The position numbers were made by a program, and so were the translations under genes. Below, piece after piece: positions 36,402 to 45,092 of a stretch of 48,701 bases of DNA. Each line of letters starts with the position of its first letter. The first letter of the stretch is position 1. The stretch covers positions 1-48,701 of the IMG/VR virus record IMGVR_UViG_3300015082_000002, one strand, 5' to 3'. The notes beneath the pieces were generated by a model that worked only from the letters and a program-made list of their open reading frames with translations, was not told where the DNA came from and ran no database searches. The DNA is from a virus (Duplodnaviria; Caudoviricetes).

Positions 36402-36760
36402 ACTCCGCGGAAGTCGTCCAGGGGCAGGAGCGTCTCGTACGGGACGTGCTGCGAGCACGGCCCGACGTACTCACCCGTCACCGGGTCGACCTCGAGGTCG
36501 CGGCCCTGGTCGTCCGTGGCGCACGGGCGGGACGTCAAGCGGGACTGATGGGCCAGGAGCCGACACCAATCCTTCATGCGGTTCTCGATGTGCTCGGCGC
36601 TGGGGGTGACGCCCCGGCCCAGGGTCTGCCACACGTTGATGAGGCCCTCCTGGTTCAGGTCGTCGTACTCGGCGCTGACTCGCTTCGCCAGGGGGCTGTT
36701 CACCAGGCGGGCGGCGATGGAGTCGACCAGGCCGGCGTAAGCGCCGACCTGGTCGTTCAT
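36398..36760 (-). CDS. Sigma-70 region 2 domain protein
   Basis: YAGLVDSIAARL...EYDDLNQEGLINVWQ. Confidence 0.7.
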   Translation of the reverse strand: MNDQVGAYAGLVDSIAARLVNSPLAKRVSAEYDDLNQEGLINVWQTLGRGVTPSAEHIENRMKDWCRLLAHQSRLTSRPCATDDQGRDLEVDPVTGEYVGPCSQHVPYETLLPLDDFRGV

Positions 36761-36778
36761 GTCCGGGGCCGTGACGCC

Positions 36779-37147
36779 CTAGAAGGGGATGTCGTCGTCG
36801 TCGGGCTCGGCGGCCGTGGTGCTCGTGTTCACCGTGTCGGTCTTCACGCCGGCGTCGGCGTTGCCGAGGACGAGGATGCGGGAGACGCTGATGTTGTGGT
36901 ACGTGACCACGGCGCCGTCCTTCTCCCCCTTGTTCTGGGTGTAGCTGCCCTCGAGCGTGACGACGTCGCCCTCGGCAACCTCGACGTGCGCGTGGGACGG
37001 CCACAGGGTCGCGCTGACGCGGATCGCCTGCTCCTTGAATCCGGCCTGGCGGACGGCGATGTTGCGGACGGCCTTGCCGCCAGCCTCGCCCTCCTTCGGC
37101 TCGAACTGGACGATGCCGTGGATGACGCGATAGACCTTGTCGGCTAT
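36779..37147 (-). CDS. ssb: Single-stranded DNA-binding protein, probable ATA start
   Basis: OB-fold-like (VSATLW, EGDVVTLEGSY); acidic tail DDDDIPF; AAGGAG SD before ATA. Confidence 0.8.
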   Translation of the reverse strand: MADKVYRVIHGIVQFEPKEGEAGGKAVRNIAVRQAGFKEQAIRVSATLWPSHAHVEVAEGDVVTLEGSYTQNKGEKDGAVVTYHNISVSRILVLGNADAGVKTDTVNTSTTAAEPDDDDIPF

Positions 37148-37575
37148 GAGAGTTCTCCTTCGGTTGTGGCGGCCAGGAATAGCCGCGTGAAGTCGGGCCA
37201 CTGGATTCGGACGAGCAGGTTCGCCGTCGTCTTCTCGGTGCCCGCTATCTCGTACGGGGTGGTGAGGCAGTGACACACGCGCGCCCGGAGGTACGCGAAG
37301 TCGGTGTGGCGCATCTGCACCACGTCCCTGCCCCCGCGTCCGCCCTCGCGGACGTTGAGCGCGGGGATGAGGCGCGGCTCGTGCTTGGCCGCGTTCCTGA
37401 CCGCCTGGTTCCAGTCCTCGGTCAGGAAGACGAGGCGCTTGTACGCCTTGATCTCGAGGCCGATGAGCGGGATGTCCTTGCAGTCGGGATCGTCGCGGCC
37501 GGTGGGGCCGGATCGTTCGCCGCCGAGTTCTCGGCACTTCTTCAGCTCCACCTTCTTCCAGTTGGAGCTGGCCAT
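37144..37575 (-). CDS. PD-(D/E)xK nuclease, Holliday junction resolvase-like
   Basis: WKKVE, DPD...LEIK, WNQAVRNA. Confidence 0.65.
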   Translation of the reverse strand: MASSNWKKVELKKCRELGGERSGPTGRDDPDCKDIPLIGLEIKAYKRLVFLTEDWNQAVRNAAKHEPRLIPALNVREGGRGGRDVVQMRHTDFAYLRARVCHCLTTPYEIAGTEKTTANLLVRIQWPDFTRLFLAATTEGELS

Positions 37576-37661
37576 CAGTGGTGCAGGAAGACGAGGGTGA
37601 CGACGACGCCGTATGCCGCGAGCAATAGGCTCGCGATCACGAAGTCGCGGTCAGGGAACAT
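37575..37661 (-). CDS. 28-aa membrane peptide
   Basis: MFPDRDFVIASLLLAAYGVVVTLVFLHH; coupled at both ends. Confidence 0.55.
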   Translation of the reverse strand: MFPDRDFVIASLLLAAYGVVVTLVFLHH

Positions 37662-38070
37662 GAGTCAGCGCCGCCAAGTCCTCGTCGCTCAGCGTCAGGC
37701 TGAACGGGCGGACGGTGTACTCGCGGTTCTCGTGGACGTAGGCGAGGATCTCGAACGTCTGCTGCCCGACCTGGATCAGGTCGGTCGGGGCCAGCCTCTC
37801 GTACAGCTTGGCGAACACGTCCCAGGAGCTGACCCAGTAGTGCCCACCGTCGAAGCGCACCTTGGTCTCGATGATCGGGATGATCGGCTTGGCGAGCGGC
37901 TCGCCGCTCTCCAGGTGCTCCTTCAGGGCGGCGACCTTGTCGGCCCAGTCCTCGTCCGGCTTGGAGTCGCCAATGCGATCCGTGTCGTCTCCGCAGACCA
38001 GGCACTTGTTGTAGCGCCACTCGTCCGGGTAGCTGATCCCGTCAAGGGAACAGCGTCTGCTGGATGCCAC
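37651..38070 (-). CDS. Hypothetical protein with CxxC
   Basis: GAGGAG SD + GTG 38070. Confidence 0.65.
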   Translation of the reverse strand: MASSRRCSLDGISYPDEWRYNKCLVCGDDTDRIGDSKPDEDWADKVAALKEHLESGEPLAKPIIPIIETKVRFDGGHYWVSSWDVFAKLYERLAPTDLIQVGQQTFEILAYVHENREYTVRPFSLTLSDEDLAALTHVP

Positions 38071-38071
38071 G

Positions 38072-39412
38072 CTAGAAGGGCTCCTCCTCGTCAGCTCGGT
38101 TGACCCGCACGAATCCGTCCTGCTCGACGTCACCCTCGATGACTGCGGAGAGGTGGCGCGTCTGCCGACGTGGCTTCGACGGGAAGATGTTGATCCGTCC
38201 GGTCTTCACGCCCTTCGACTCGGCGGCCACCGCGGAGATCACCTGATCCGCCGAGTTGCGGATCGCGGTCGCACCGCGGGGAGCCGTCCCGGTCTGGGAC
38301 GTGTGGTGGACAAGCACGACCGCGGCCCCCGTCTCGCGGGCCAGCGGGATGACGCCCCCGCGCATCAGGCGTGTCATGTCGGGGTTTGAGTTCTCCTCGG
38401 CGCCGATGGCGACACGGGAGAGCGAGTCGACCACGATCAGGGCCGGCTCCATGTCGAGGGCCTCCTCGAGCAGCTTCTCCGGCTCGCCCAGCAGGTCGAC
38501 GCCCGAGTACCAGAGGAACTCCAGGTTCGGGAGGTGCCGACCCTTGTCGAGGCCCAGAGCGTTGAGGCGCTGGAGCACGAGCTGGGCGCTGTTCTCCTCG
38601 TCCACGTACAGGACGGGGCCGTGCTTCTTGATCGGCAGGCCCAGGAAGGTCGGGTCTCCCCCCGCCACGGCGAGCGCGAGGGCCATCATGATGAAGCTCT
38701 TGCCGACGCCCCCGTCACCGACGAACGCGGCGGCCTCGCTACGCACCAGGAAGTCCTCCACCAGCCAGTCGGTCGGCGGCGGATCCTGGCTCAGGTCGAG
38801 CCGCTTGTAGTGGCGGACGGGCGCGGCGGCGGACTTCAGCAGCTCCTGGAACGCGGCCCAGTCGTACTGCTGGAAGAACTCGGCCACGTCGTTGATGCCC
38901 TGCGGCAGGGTGACCTTGCGGGCCTTGCGGCCCAGGTCGCCCTTGATCTGCGTCCAGGCCTTCTGGCCCGCCGCGTGGGCGTCCGCACTCTCGTACGGGT
39001 CGTCGTTGTCGAGCACCACGAACACGCGCTTGGCGGGGCCGAACAGCTCCTCGACGTAGCGGGACTTCCAGGAGTTGAAGCCGGACAGGCCGACGATGGA
39101 GACCTTCCCGCGCAAGTCCTCGGGCAGGGCCTGATAGGCGGCCATGGTGTCTGTCTCGCCCTCGAGCACGATCATGCGCTCGGCGGGCTGGAAGTCGGGG
39201 GGCAGGAAGGGCACCTGGCCGGACGCCGTCGCGGGCTCCCAGAAGAAGCGGCGCCCGCCTTCCTCGTCCTTCTCCAGCCCCACCCGAACCTTGGTGGCCC
39301 CTCCGGGGTACGGGTAGCGGACTTCGCGGCCCGACACTGCGACCGCGAAGGCATCTAGGGTCTCCCTGCTGATCCCACGTCGGCTGGCGAACCAAGCGTA
39401 GGCATCAGCCAT
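38072..39412 (-). CDS. Primase-helicase (TOPRIM + RecA-like/AAA_25)
   Basis: VLEGETD, LDNDD, INDVAE; Walker A GDGGVGKS, IVVDSL, VLVHH, PRGATA. Confidence 0.9.
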   Translation of the reverse strand: MADAYAWFASRRGISRETLDAFAVAVSGREVRYPYPGGATKVRVGLEKDEEGGRRFFWEPATASGQVPFLPPDFQPAERMIVLEGETDTMAAYQALPEDLRGKVSIVGLSGFNSWKSRYVEELFGPAKRVFVVLDNDDPYESADAHAAGQKAWTQIKGDLGRKARKVTLPQGINDVAEFFQQYDWAAFQELLKSAAAPVRHYKRLDLSQDPPPTDWLVEDFLVRSEAAAFVGDGGVGKSFIMMALALAVAGGDPTFLGLPIKKHGPVLYVDEENSAQLVLQRLNALGLDKGRHLPNLEFLWYSGVDLLGEPEKLLEEALDMEPALIVVDSLSRVAIGAEENSNPDMTRLMRGGVIPLARETGAAVVLVHHTSQTGTAPRGATAIRNSADQVISAVAAESKGVKTGRINIFPSKPRRQTRHLSAVIEGDVEQDGFVRVNRADEEEPF

Positions 39413-39770
39413 AGTGCTCTGCGCGGTGGCAGGCGTCACAGAGGATGTCGCACTTGGCGATCTCAGCGGCGAGTGCCTCCTGCGACGAGTTAGCCATAGT
39501 TGACACCTTCCTCTGTTTGGTTGTTGGGTCGCGGTGGTGGAAGTGCAGCCGGCCAGGGTCAGGGCGTGCGCCGCAGCGCACGCATCCCGACCTCAGCTTC
39601 ATCTGCTGTAGCCACTCTCTGAACACCCGCGAACGTTCGCGGTCTTGTGCGCGCTTGGATTCACGCCGCGCCGGTGTCTGCTCCCGTTCCCGGAAGTACT
39701 CGCGCAGACGTTCGCGGTTGCGCTCTCGGTAGGCGCGCTGATACTCGGCAACCGCCTCGGAGAGAGGCAG
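39405..39770 (-). CDS. HNH endonuclease, probable CTG start
   Basis: CVRCG, LHFHHRDP, CDILCDACH; frame open to CTG 39770 with EYQRAYRERNRE N-terminus. Confidence 0.8.
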   Translation of the reverse strand: MPLSEAVAEYQRAYRERNRERLREYFREREQTPARRESKRAQDRERSRVFREWLQQMKLRSGCVRCGARPDPGRLHFHHRDPTTKQRKVSTMANSSQEALAAEIAKCDILCDACHRAEHYG

Positions 39771-39773
39771 CGG

Positions 39774-40007
39774 CTAGACCGGCGGCAGCGCGCGTGGAAT
39801 CGGCACCGCGTGGAGCATCGGCAGGATGGTGTTCACCCTGTCAGCTACTTCGCCAACGCGAGCCTCGATGCCCTCGAGCCGCTCGGCCAGGGACGGGAGG
39901 ACGATGCCCTCCGCGCCGAAGTAGGTGGTCAGCTCGGTCTGGATGTTGAGCAGCTCGCCCTTGATGAAGTCGAGGTCGGTCTCGATCTCGGTGTCAGTCA
40001 GCGGCAC
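39774..40007 (-). CDS. Hypothetical protein
   Basis: AAAGGAG + GTG. Confidence 0.65.
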   Translation of the reverse strand: MPLTDTEIETDLDFIKGELLNIQTELTTYFGAEGIVLPSLAERLEGIEARVGEVADRVNTILPMLHAVPIPRALPPV

Positions 40008-40462
40008 TAGGCTCCTTTGGTTTGGTCGAAGGCGGGGAACACCGCGTCCTCTTTGCCGAGGCGCATCAGGATCCGGTCGGTGACCTTGTCCCAGCTACCC
40101 TTGCGGCCGGCGTATCGCTCGGCCTTGTCGTCCACGTAGACGCTGCCGCCGGGCTTGCCCTCCTTCGTCCAGATGTCGATGAACGTCAGGCCCTTGCTGT
40201 CGAGCAGGTTCCGCATCGCCATGACCTCACCGAAGACGACGGCGGGGTCGCGGCGCTGACTCGTCCACGGGTCGTACGGGGAGAGACGGGCCGACGCGAT
40301 CACGATGCGGACGCCCGCCGCGTTTAGGCGGAGCATGTTGTCCTCGAAGCCGGGCATGAAGCGATCCGGCTGCTCGGGCCACATCGCCGGGACGGCCGTG
40401 CCGTCCCAGTCGATGATCGCGGTGTGTACTGGCGTGTCTCCCCAGACCCGCGGCCTAGCCAT
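40007..40462 (-). CDS. HAD-superfamily phosphatase
   Basis: IIDWDGT, IASAR, GKP..VYVDDKA. Confidence 0.85.
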   Translation of the reverse strand: MARPRVWGDTPVHTAIIDWDGTAVPAMWPEQPDRFMPGFEDNMLRLNAAGVRIVIASARLSPYDPWTSQRRDPAVVFGEVMAMRNLLDSKGLTFIDIWTKEGKPGGSVYVDDKAERYAGRKGSWDKVTDRILMRLGKEDAVFPAFDQTKGA

Positions 40463-41027
40463 CGGGGCTCGCGTCGTTGGGGGGCCCGAGCTTGACGATC
40501 TGCCCGGACTGGGCGAGGCCGAACTCGGGAACGTGGGCCCCCGACTTGGTGAAGTCCTCCTTGGTGAAGAACACGGGCGTCGGCGGGACGGTGTGCTCCG
40601 TGTGGTAGCGGATCTGCTTGCAGAGCATGCAGTTCTCGTCGTAGTCGAGTCCGCGTAGGGCCTTCGACGTCTTGGGCTTCTCGGCCGCCATCTTCTCCTC
40701 GACGTACTCCACGAGGTTGACGTTGAAGAACAGCGCGGCGGCGTGATCTTCGTCACGCTCGCCGTTGAGCCACGACTCGAAGTGCCTGGCCGCCGACTCG
40801 CGGGCACGCAGTAGCTCCTCGGGCCCGTCCGCCTGCGTCCAGTTGGCGACACCGGGGGCGATGGGCGGGTACTTGGCCTCGGCCTTGGTCAGGTGCGCCG
40901 CCCAGCGGCGCTTCATCGGGCCGGGGAGGATCAGCAGGAAGTTGATCTTGCCCTCGGCCGTGTCCCTGACCATGCCGGAGTCGAACTCCCGGCGTGCGCC
41001 GGAGTCCTTCACGGTGAACTCGGACAG
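40455..41027 (-). CDS. dATP/dGTP diphosphohydrolase-domain (DUF5664-like) protein, probable CTG start
   Basis: FDSGMVRD..GKINF, KY...NW, SAARHF..WLNGERDEDHAAALFFN. Confidence 0.75.
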   Translation of the reverse strand: MSEFTVKDSGARREFDSGMVRDTAEGKINFLLILPGPMKRRWAAHLTKAEAKYPPIAPGVANWTQADGPEELLRARESAARHFESWLNGERDEDHAAALFFNVNLVEYVEEKMAAEKPKTSKALRGLDYDENCMLCKQIRYHTEHTVPPTPVFFTKEDFTKSGAHVPEFGLAQSGQIVKLGPPNDASPDG

Positions 41028-41833
41028 AAGCTCTCCTTCCATTCGTCGTAGTCGACCTTGTCGGCCCACGACGTCGTGGACACCTCATGGTCGACGGAGA
41101 TGGGGATGACCGCCGTGATCGCCGGGAAGTCCGACATCAGGGCTGGGACATGCTCGTGCAGGATCGGCAGCTCCGACTCGGGGCCGTCGAACACGATCTC
41201 GTCGTGGATCACCAGCACCATCCGGGACTCGATGTCCGCGGACTGCACCCAGGCGTCCACCTTCAACAGGGCCTGCTTCATCAGGTCAGCGGCGCTGCCC
41301 TGGATCAGCTTGTTGAGGAGCTTGAACTCGCCCCACTGCTCGGCGTGAAGGTGCCGACCCCACGGGGTCTTCAGGTGCCCCCGCTGCGCGTAGATGCGCT
41401 CGATGGCGCCGGGCTCGTAGTTCGGGTGCGCCCCACCGCGCGGCGTCGGGTTCGACATCAGGCGGATCTGGGGGAGCCCCTCGTGGAAGTCCGCGTAGAA
41501 CTTCTTGGCCTCCCCGAGCGGAATCTCCAGTTCCTCGCTGACCTTCTTCGGGCCGGCGCCGTACAGGCTCATCAGGAACCAGACCTTGCCGTGCTGACGC
41601 TCGGACTCGGTGATCGCCTCGGCGGGCTTCTTGAGCGCGCGGGCCGCGATCTCTACGTAGACGTCCCGGCCCTCCCGGTACCAGTCCGCGATGCTCGTGT
41701 CTCCGAGCTTGGCGGTGAAGTAGCCGAACAGGCGGGGCTCGATCTGGCTGTAGTCGAAGTAGCTGAACGCGCCCCGCTTGGGCAGGATCACCCGCTTGAC
41801 CGACTTGTCGTCCCTAGGGATGTTCTGGAAAGT
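41009..41833 (-). CDS. polA: DNA polymerase A, C-terminal part (motifs A, B, C); start unclear
   Basis: FQNIP, DYSQIEPR, RQHGKVWFLMSLYG, LNKLIQGSAAD, IHDE. Confidence 0.92.
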   Translation of the reverse strand, partial: TFQNIPRDDKSVKRVILPKRGAFSYFDYSQIEPRLFGYFTAKLGDTSIADWYREGRDVYVEIAARALKKPAEAITESERQHGKVWFLMSLYGAGPKKVSEELEIPLGEAKKFYADFHEGLPQIRLMSNPTPRGGAHPNYEPGAIERIYAQRGHLKTPWGRHLHAEQWGEFKLLNKLIQGSAADLMKQALLKVDAWVQSADIESRMVLVIHDEIVFDGPESELPILHEHVPALMSDFPAITAVIPISVDHEVSTTSWADKVDYDEWKESFCPSSP

Positions 41834-42229
41834 TCATGCCGCGCTCGACCTCCGACGAGCGCCTGTATCCCATCCGTTGGTGCCGCGCCGACTAGCTCCA
41901 GCGGCAACGGCCTCGAGGTACTTCTTGACCTTCTTGGACTCGTCGGTCAGGTACGGACGAAGCCGCTCCATGACGTCATGGGCTGCGGGCCCAGAGATGT
42001 CCACGGCATACCGGCGCCGCTCGCCCTTCAGGAGGTGCGGGCCGTTGACCTTCCCTGCGCCGACGGCGCGTACGAACCTATCGAGCGGGTACCTATCGCA
42101 GACTTGCGCCACGTTGAGGCGCAGTCGCGGGGTCACCGTCCCGCTGGATCCGGGGGGCGTGACGTACACGCTGCCCTCCCCGTCGAAGAAGCCAGCCGCC
42201 CAGGCCAGCTCCGTGTCGAGGTGGGTCAG
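41834..42229 (-). CDS. LAGLIDADG homing endonuclease (single motif), probable CTG start
   Basis: LAWAAGFFDGEGSV, LNVAQ, RLRPYL; CTGA overlap with the upstream stop. Confidence 0.85.
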   Translation of the reverse strand: MTHLDTELAWAAGFFDGEGSVYVTPPGSSGTVTPRLRLNVAQVCDRYPLDRFVRAVGAGKVNGPHLLKGERRRYAVDISGPAAHDVMERLRPYLTDESKKVKKYLEAVAAGASRRGTNGWDTGARRRSSAA

Positions 42230-43062
42230 GGTGTCCGGCTGGGCGAGGGATCCTGCTTGGAGAATCCACTGTCGGAGGGATGGCCGGTGCGGAAGTTGAG
42301 CACCTGATGCCAGCCCAGGGCGTCGAAGTACTGGGCGTACCCGCCGGGGCGGATCCACAGCGGCTGCTGCGCGAGGCCCAGGAAGTCGTACGGGCCGCCG
42401 ACGCCGTCGTTGAACCAGGCGGGCGTCACGAAGTCGCTGATGGCGACCGGCTTGCCATTGGCGCCGGGCAGGGTGTAGAAGTCGGCCTCCACCGGATCGC
42501 ACACTTCCTGGAACCAGCCGTAGGCGTTCTGCGGGACGGCCTTGAGTGCGAGCTGCGCGTTCTCGAGCCAGTAGAACTGCGACGGGTAGCCCTGGTTGAC
42601 CGCTGAGGTCACCGGGTCGGCCGCCAGCTCGAACAGCTCGTGCGTGAAGGACACCGAGTTGTCGTAGCCGTAGTAGGCGCCCGTGCCCGCGTAGACCGTG
42701 ATGCTCGGCTTGTTGCCGCGCTCGATCCAGTGGTAGGCGAGGGCTCCCTTGACCGGGCCGCTCGTGCGGAACTCGGCGCTGATGACCCCCGGCGGTGCCT
42801 TGTGGCTGCCGATGAAGACCAGCTTGTACTGCGTGGAGTACCAGTACTTGGCGAAGTCCACGTTAACACTGTGCTCCCACGCGGGGATGTCGTTCTTGAT
42901 CTCGGAGTCGCTGATGAAGGTCGCGGCGAAGTTGGAGATGTAGATGGTCTCGGTGGCCTTGGCCGGGGCGGGGTGGCTCGCAACGAGGCCGCCCACACAC
43001 AGCGCAAGCACGAGCACGGCGTAGATCCCGACCAGGGCGGCGAGCCCTCGGTATTGGCGCAT
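42226..43062 (-). CDS. Secreted or membrane-anchored protein, possible zinc peptidase
   Basis: Signal peptide; LAYH, THELFELAADP, EVCDPVE. Confidence 0.7.
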   Translation of the reverse strand: MRQYRGLAALVGIYAVLVLALCVGGLVASHPAPAKATETIYISNFAATFISDSEIKNDIPAWEHSVNVDFAKYWYSTQYKLVFIGSHKAPPGVISAEFRTSGPVKGALAYHWIERGNKPSITVYAGTGAYYGYDNSVSFTHELFELAADPVTSAVNQGYPSQFYWLENAQLALKAVPQNAYGWFQEVCDPVEADFYTLPGANGKPVAISDFVTPAWFNDGVGGPYDFLGLAQQPLWIRPGGYAQYFDALGWHQVLNFRTGHPSDSGFSKQDPSPSRTP

Positions 43063-43085
43063 AGGTCTCCTAGGTAGGGGGCGGG

Positions 43086-43655
43086 TTACTCGCCCGGCAG
43101 GATGATCTTCGGCGGGTCGAGGAACTCCTCGGCGCCGTCCTCGGTCTTGACGATCATCGACGCGGGGATCCCGGCCAGGATGACCTGACCCTCGGCACCG
43201 ATCACGTCGAACGTGGGCTCGTTCTGGAGCTTGGCGAGTAGCTCCGCGTTCACGGCCTCGGCCTCGAGGCGCTCGGCCTCGATCTGCGCGACGGCAGCGT
43301 TGTACGCCTCGTTGAACTCGCGGCGGTTGGAGCGGCGGGCGATCTGCGTGGCCTTGCGCCGCGCCTGCCGCACCTTGCGCCCATTCGTCACGCTCTCGTT
43401 GGACGACCGTGGCTGCGCGGGGCCTTTGGCCTGGCGGACGATCTTCTTGACGGTGCGGGCCAGCTCACCCTTGGGCGCGAAGGCGCTCGGGGTCTGGGCC
43501 ACGTTCGCGAAGAAGACCGCGAGGCGCTGGTAGTTGGTCTGCTCGTCGTCGCTCAGGACGTAGTTCTCGTCCTCGATGACCGCCTTGAGTGCGACGGTGA
43601 CGATGAGTGCCTGGTCGTCGGTGAGCAGCGTCTGGACGAACTGGATAGGCTTCAC
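43086..43655 (-). CDS. Hypothetical protein
   Basis: GTGA-coupled start; 3' part of ORF 43086..43898. Confidence 0.7.
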   Translation of the reverse strand: MKPIQFVQTLLTDDQALIVTVALKAVIEDENYVLSDDEQTNYQRLAVFFANVAQTPSAFAPKGELARTVKKIVRQAKGPAQPRSSNESVTNGRKVRQARRKATQIARRSNRREFNEAYNAAVAQIEAERLEAEAVNAELLAKLQNEPTFDVIGAEGQVILAGIPASMIVKTEDGAEEFLDPPKIILPGE

Positions 43656-43990
43656 TCCTTTTCTAGATAGGCAGCCGCGGCGCGGAGCAGCGCGGGGTCG
43701 TCTCGCAACTTCCCCATGCCGGCGTTGCAGGCATGGCAGAGCAGGCCGCGCACCTTGCCGGTGGCGTGGCAGTGGTCTACGGCGAGGCGGTGCGTGGGAC
43801 TCACTCCCTCGCAGATGGCGCAGACGAAGCCCTGCTCCACGAGCATCAAGTAGTACTCGTAGAGGGTGATCCCGTACCTCGTGAGGAGGTGCGAGCAACG
43901 GGTGTGGTGGTTGTGCCTGGCGCGGTTGGCGGCTATCCAGCCCTTCTTGTACTCACGAGCCCGCGTCTTGCTGGCCTCACTCCGAGGCAC
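43652..43990 (-). CDS. Endonuclease VII-family homing endonuclease
   Basis: RYGIT, QGFVCAIC, LAVDHCHATGKVRGLLCHACN. Confidence 0.92.
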   Translation of the reverse strand: MPRSEASKTRAREYKKGWIAANRARHNHHTRCSHLLTRYGITLYEYYLMLVEQGFVCAICEGVSPTHRLAVDHCHATGKVRGLLCHACNAGMGKLRDDPALLRAAAAYLEKE

Positions 43991-45092
43991 TGCTGCTGCT
44001 CATGCGGCCAGTGCGCGCGGCGTCGTCGTTGAAGTTCGCATGGACTATCTCGCCCCGCCTTTCTCGCTGAAGATTTTGCAAGTACGTCGTGTGGACGCGC
44101 TTGTCCCCGCGGTAGGCGAGCAGCGCGCGGGCCAGCTCGTCATCGAGGCGCTCGAGCGTCTTGGCCTCGGTGGTCTCGAGCGTGACCCCGCGGGCGGCGA
44201 AGGCCTCCATCACCTGCTGCGGCGACTGCGGGTTGAACTCGGGGTTGCCGACGAGGTCTACCACCTTGCTCCAGCCGTGCATGACCTTGACGCCGTACTC
44301 CGACGTGGTCTTGTCGAGGTACGGGATGTCGACGCCCAGGCCGTCCGCCTCCATGCGGAGGAGCACGCGCTTGAGCTGCATCGCCTCCGTGTAGAGCTGG
44401 AGGATCGCGGGATCGTTCAGCCGCTCGAGGCGCGGCATCAGGGTCTCGTGGAGCCGCAGCGTGAACTCCGTATCCTTGAGGGCGTACGGGATCAGCAGCG
44501 GCCGGGGCAGGAGGTGGTAGCCGTCCTCCTTCTTGAGGCCGAGCTTCGTGCGGGCCTCCTGGAGCCGGTAGTCCTCCTTGACCACGGTGCGGGTCAGCCC
44601 GAGCTTGGCCTTCGGCCCGGACTTGTAAGGCACCTCGATGGTGTTCTTCTCGTGGAGCACCGAGACCGCGAGCACCTTCAGGCCCTTGCGGCTGTTCTCG
44701 TCCAGGAGCGTGAACTGCGTCTGGGTGTCGTGGATCGTGGCCACGTTGACGTCCCCGATGGTGAGCCCGCCGGCCAGGATCAGCTTCTGAAGGTCGAACT
44801 TCAGGTTGTGCCCGACCCAGCTCGTGGCGAGCTGGCGCATCATCCGGCTGAGTAGGTCAAGCCGGGACTCGCGCCCTGGGCCCTCCAGGTCGAAGTAGCC
44901 CGAGATGAGCTGGCCCTCGAGCCCTCGGAACGTGACGGTGGCGGCGAAGGGCTCGTCGTAGAAGCCGGTGCCGGTGGTCTCGGTGTCGACGGCGAGAGTG
45001 ACGTCCCTCGGTCGGTGCTTGGCGACCCGCTCGAGCTGCCCGTACGTCCATTCGGCCCAGGAGTCGTAGCGGAACTCTCGCAGCCTAGGCAC
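43977..45092 (-). CDS. polA: DNA polymerase A, N-terminal part (3'-5' exonuclease + thumb)
   Basis: AVDTETTG, GHNLKFD, YALKD, MEADG, FNPQSPQQ; ends ARTGRMSSS. Confidence 0.92.
   Translation of the reverse strand: MPRLREFRYDSWAEWTYGQLERVAKHRPRDVTLAVDTETTGTGFYDEPFAATVTFRGLEGQLISGYFDLEGPGRESRLDLLSRMMRQLATSWVGHNLKFDLQKLILAGGLTIGDVNVATIHDTQTQFTLLDENSRKGLKVLAVSVLHEKNTIEVPYKSGPKAKLGLTRTVVKEDYRLQEARTKLGLKKEDGYHLLPRPLLIPYALKDTEFTLRLHETLMPRLERLNDPAILQLYTEAMQLKRVLLRMEADGLGVDIPYLDKTTSEYGVKVMHGWSKVVDLVGNPEFNPQSPQQVMEAFAARGVTLETTEAKTLERLDDELARALLAYRGDKRVHTTYLQNLQRERRGEIVHANFNDDAARTGRMSSSSASE

Noticed and set aside
40455-41027. Z-genome (2-aminoadenine) pathway
   Set aside because: A DUF5664-like gene is present but no purZ was recognised.
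41834-43990. Group I/II intron or intein in polA
   Set aside because: The insert is filled with overlapping ORFs; no intron core and no intein termini are visible.
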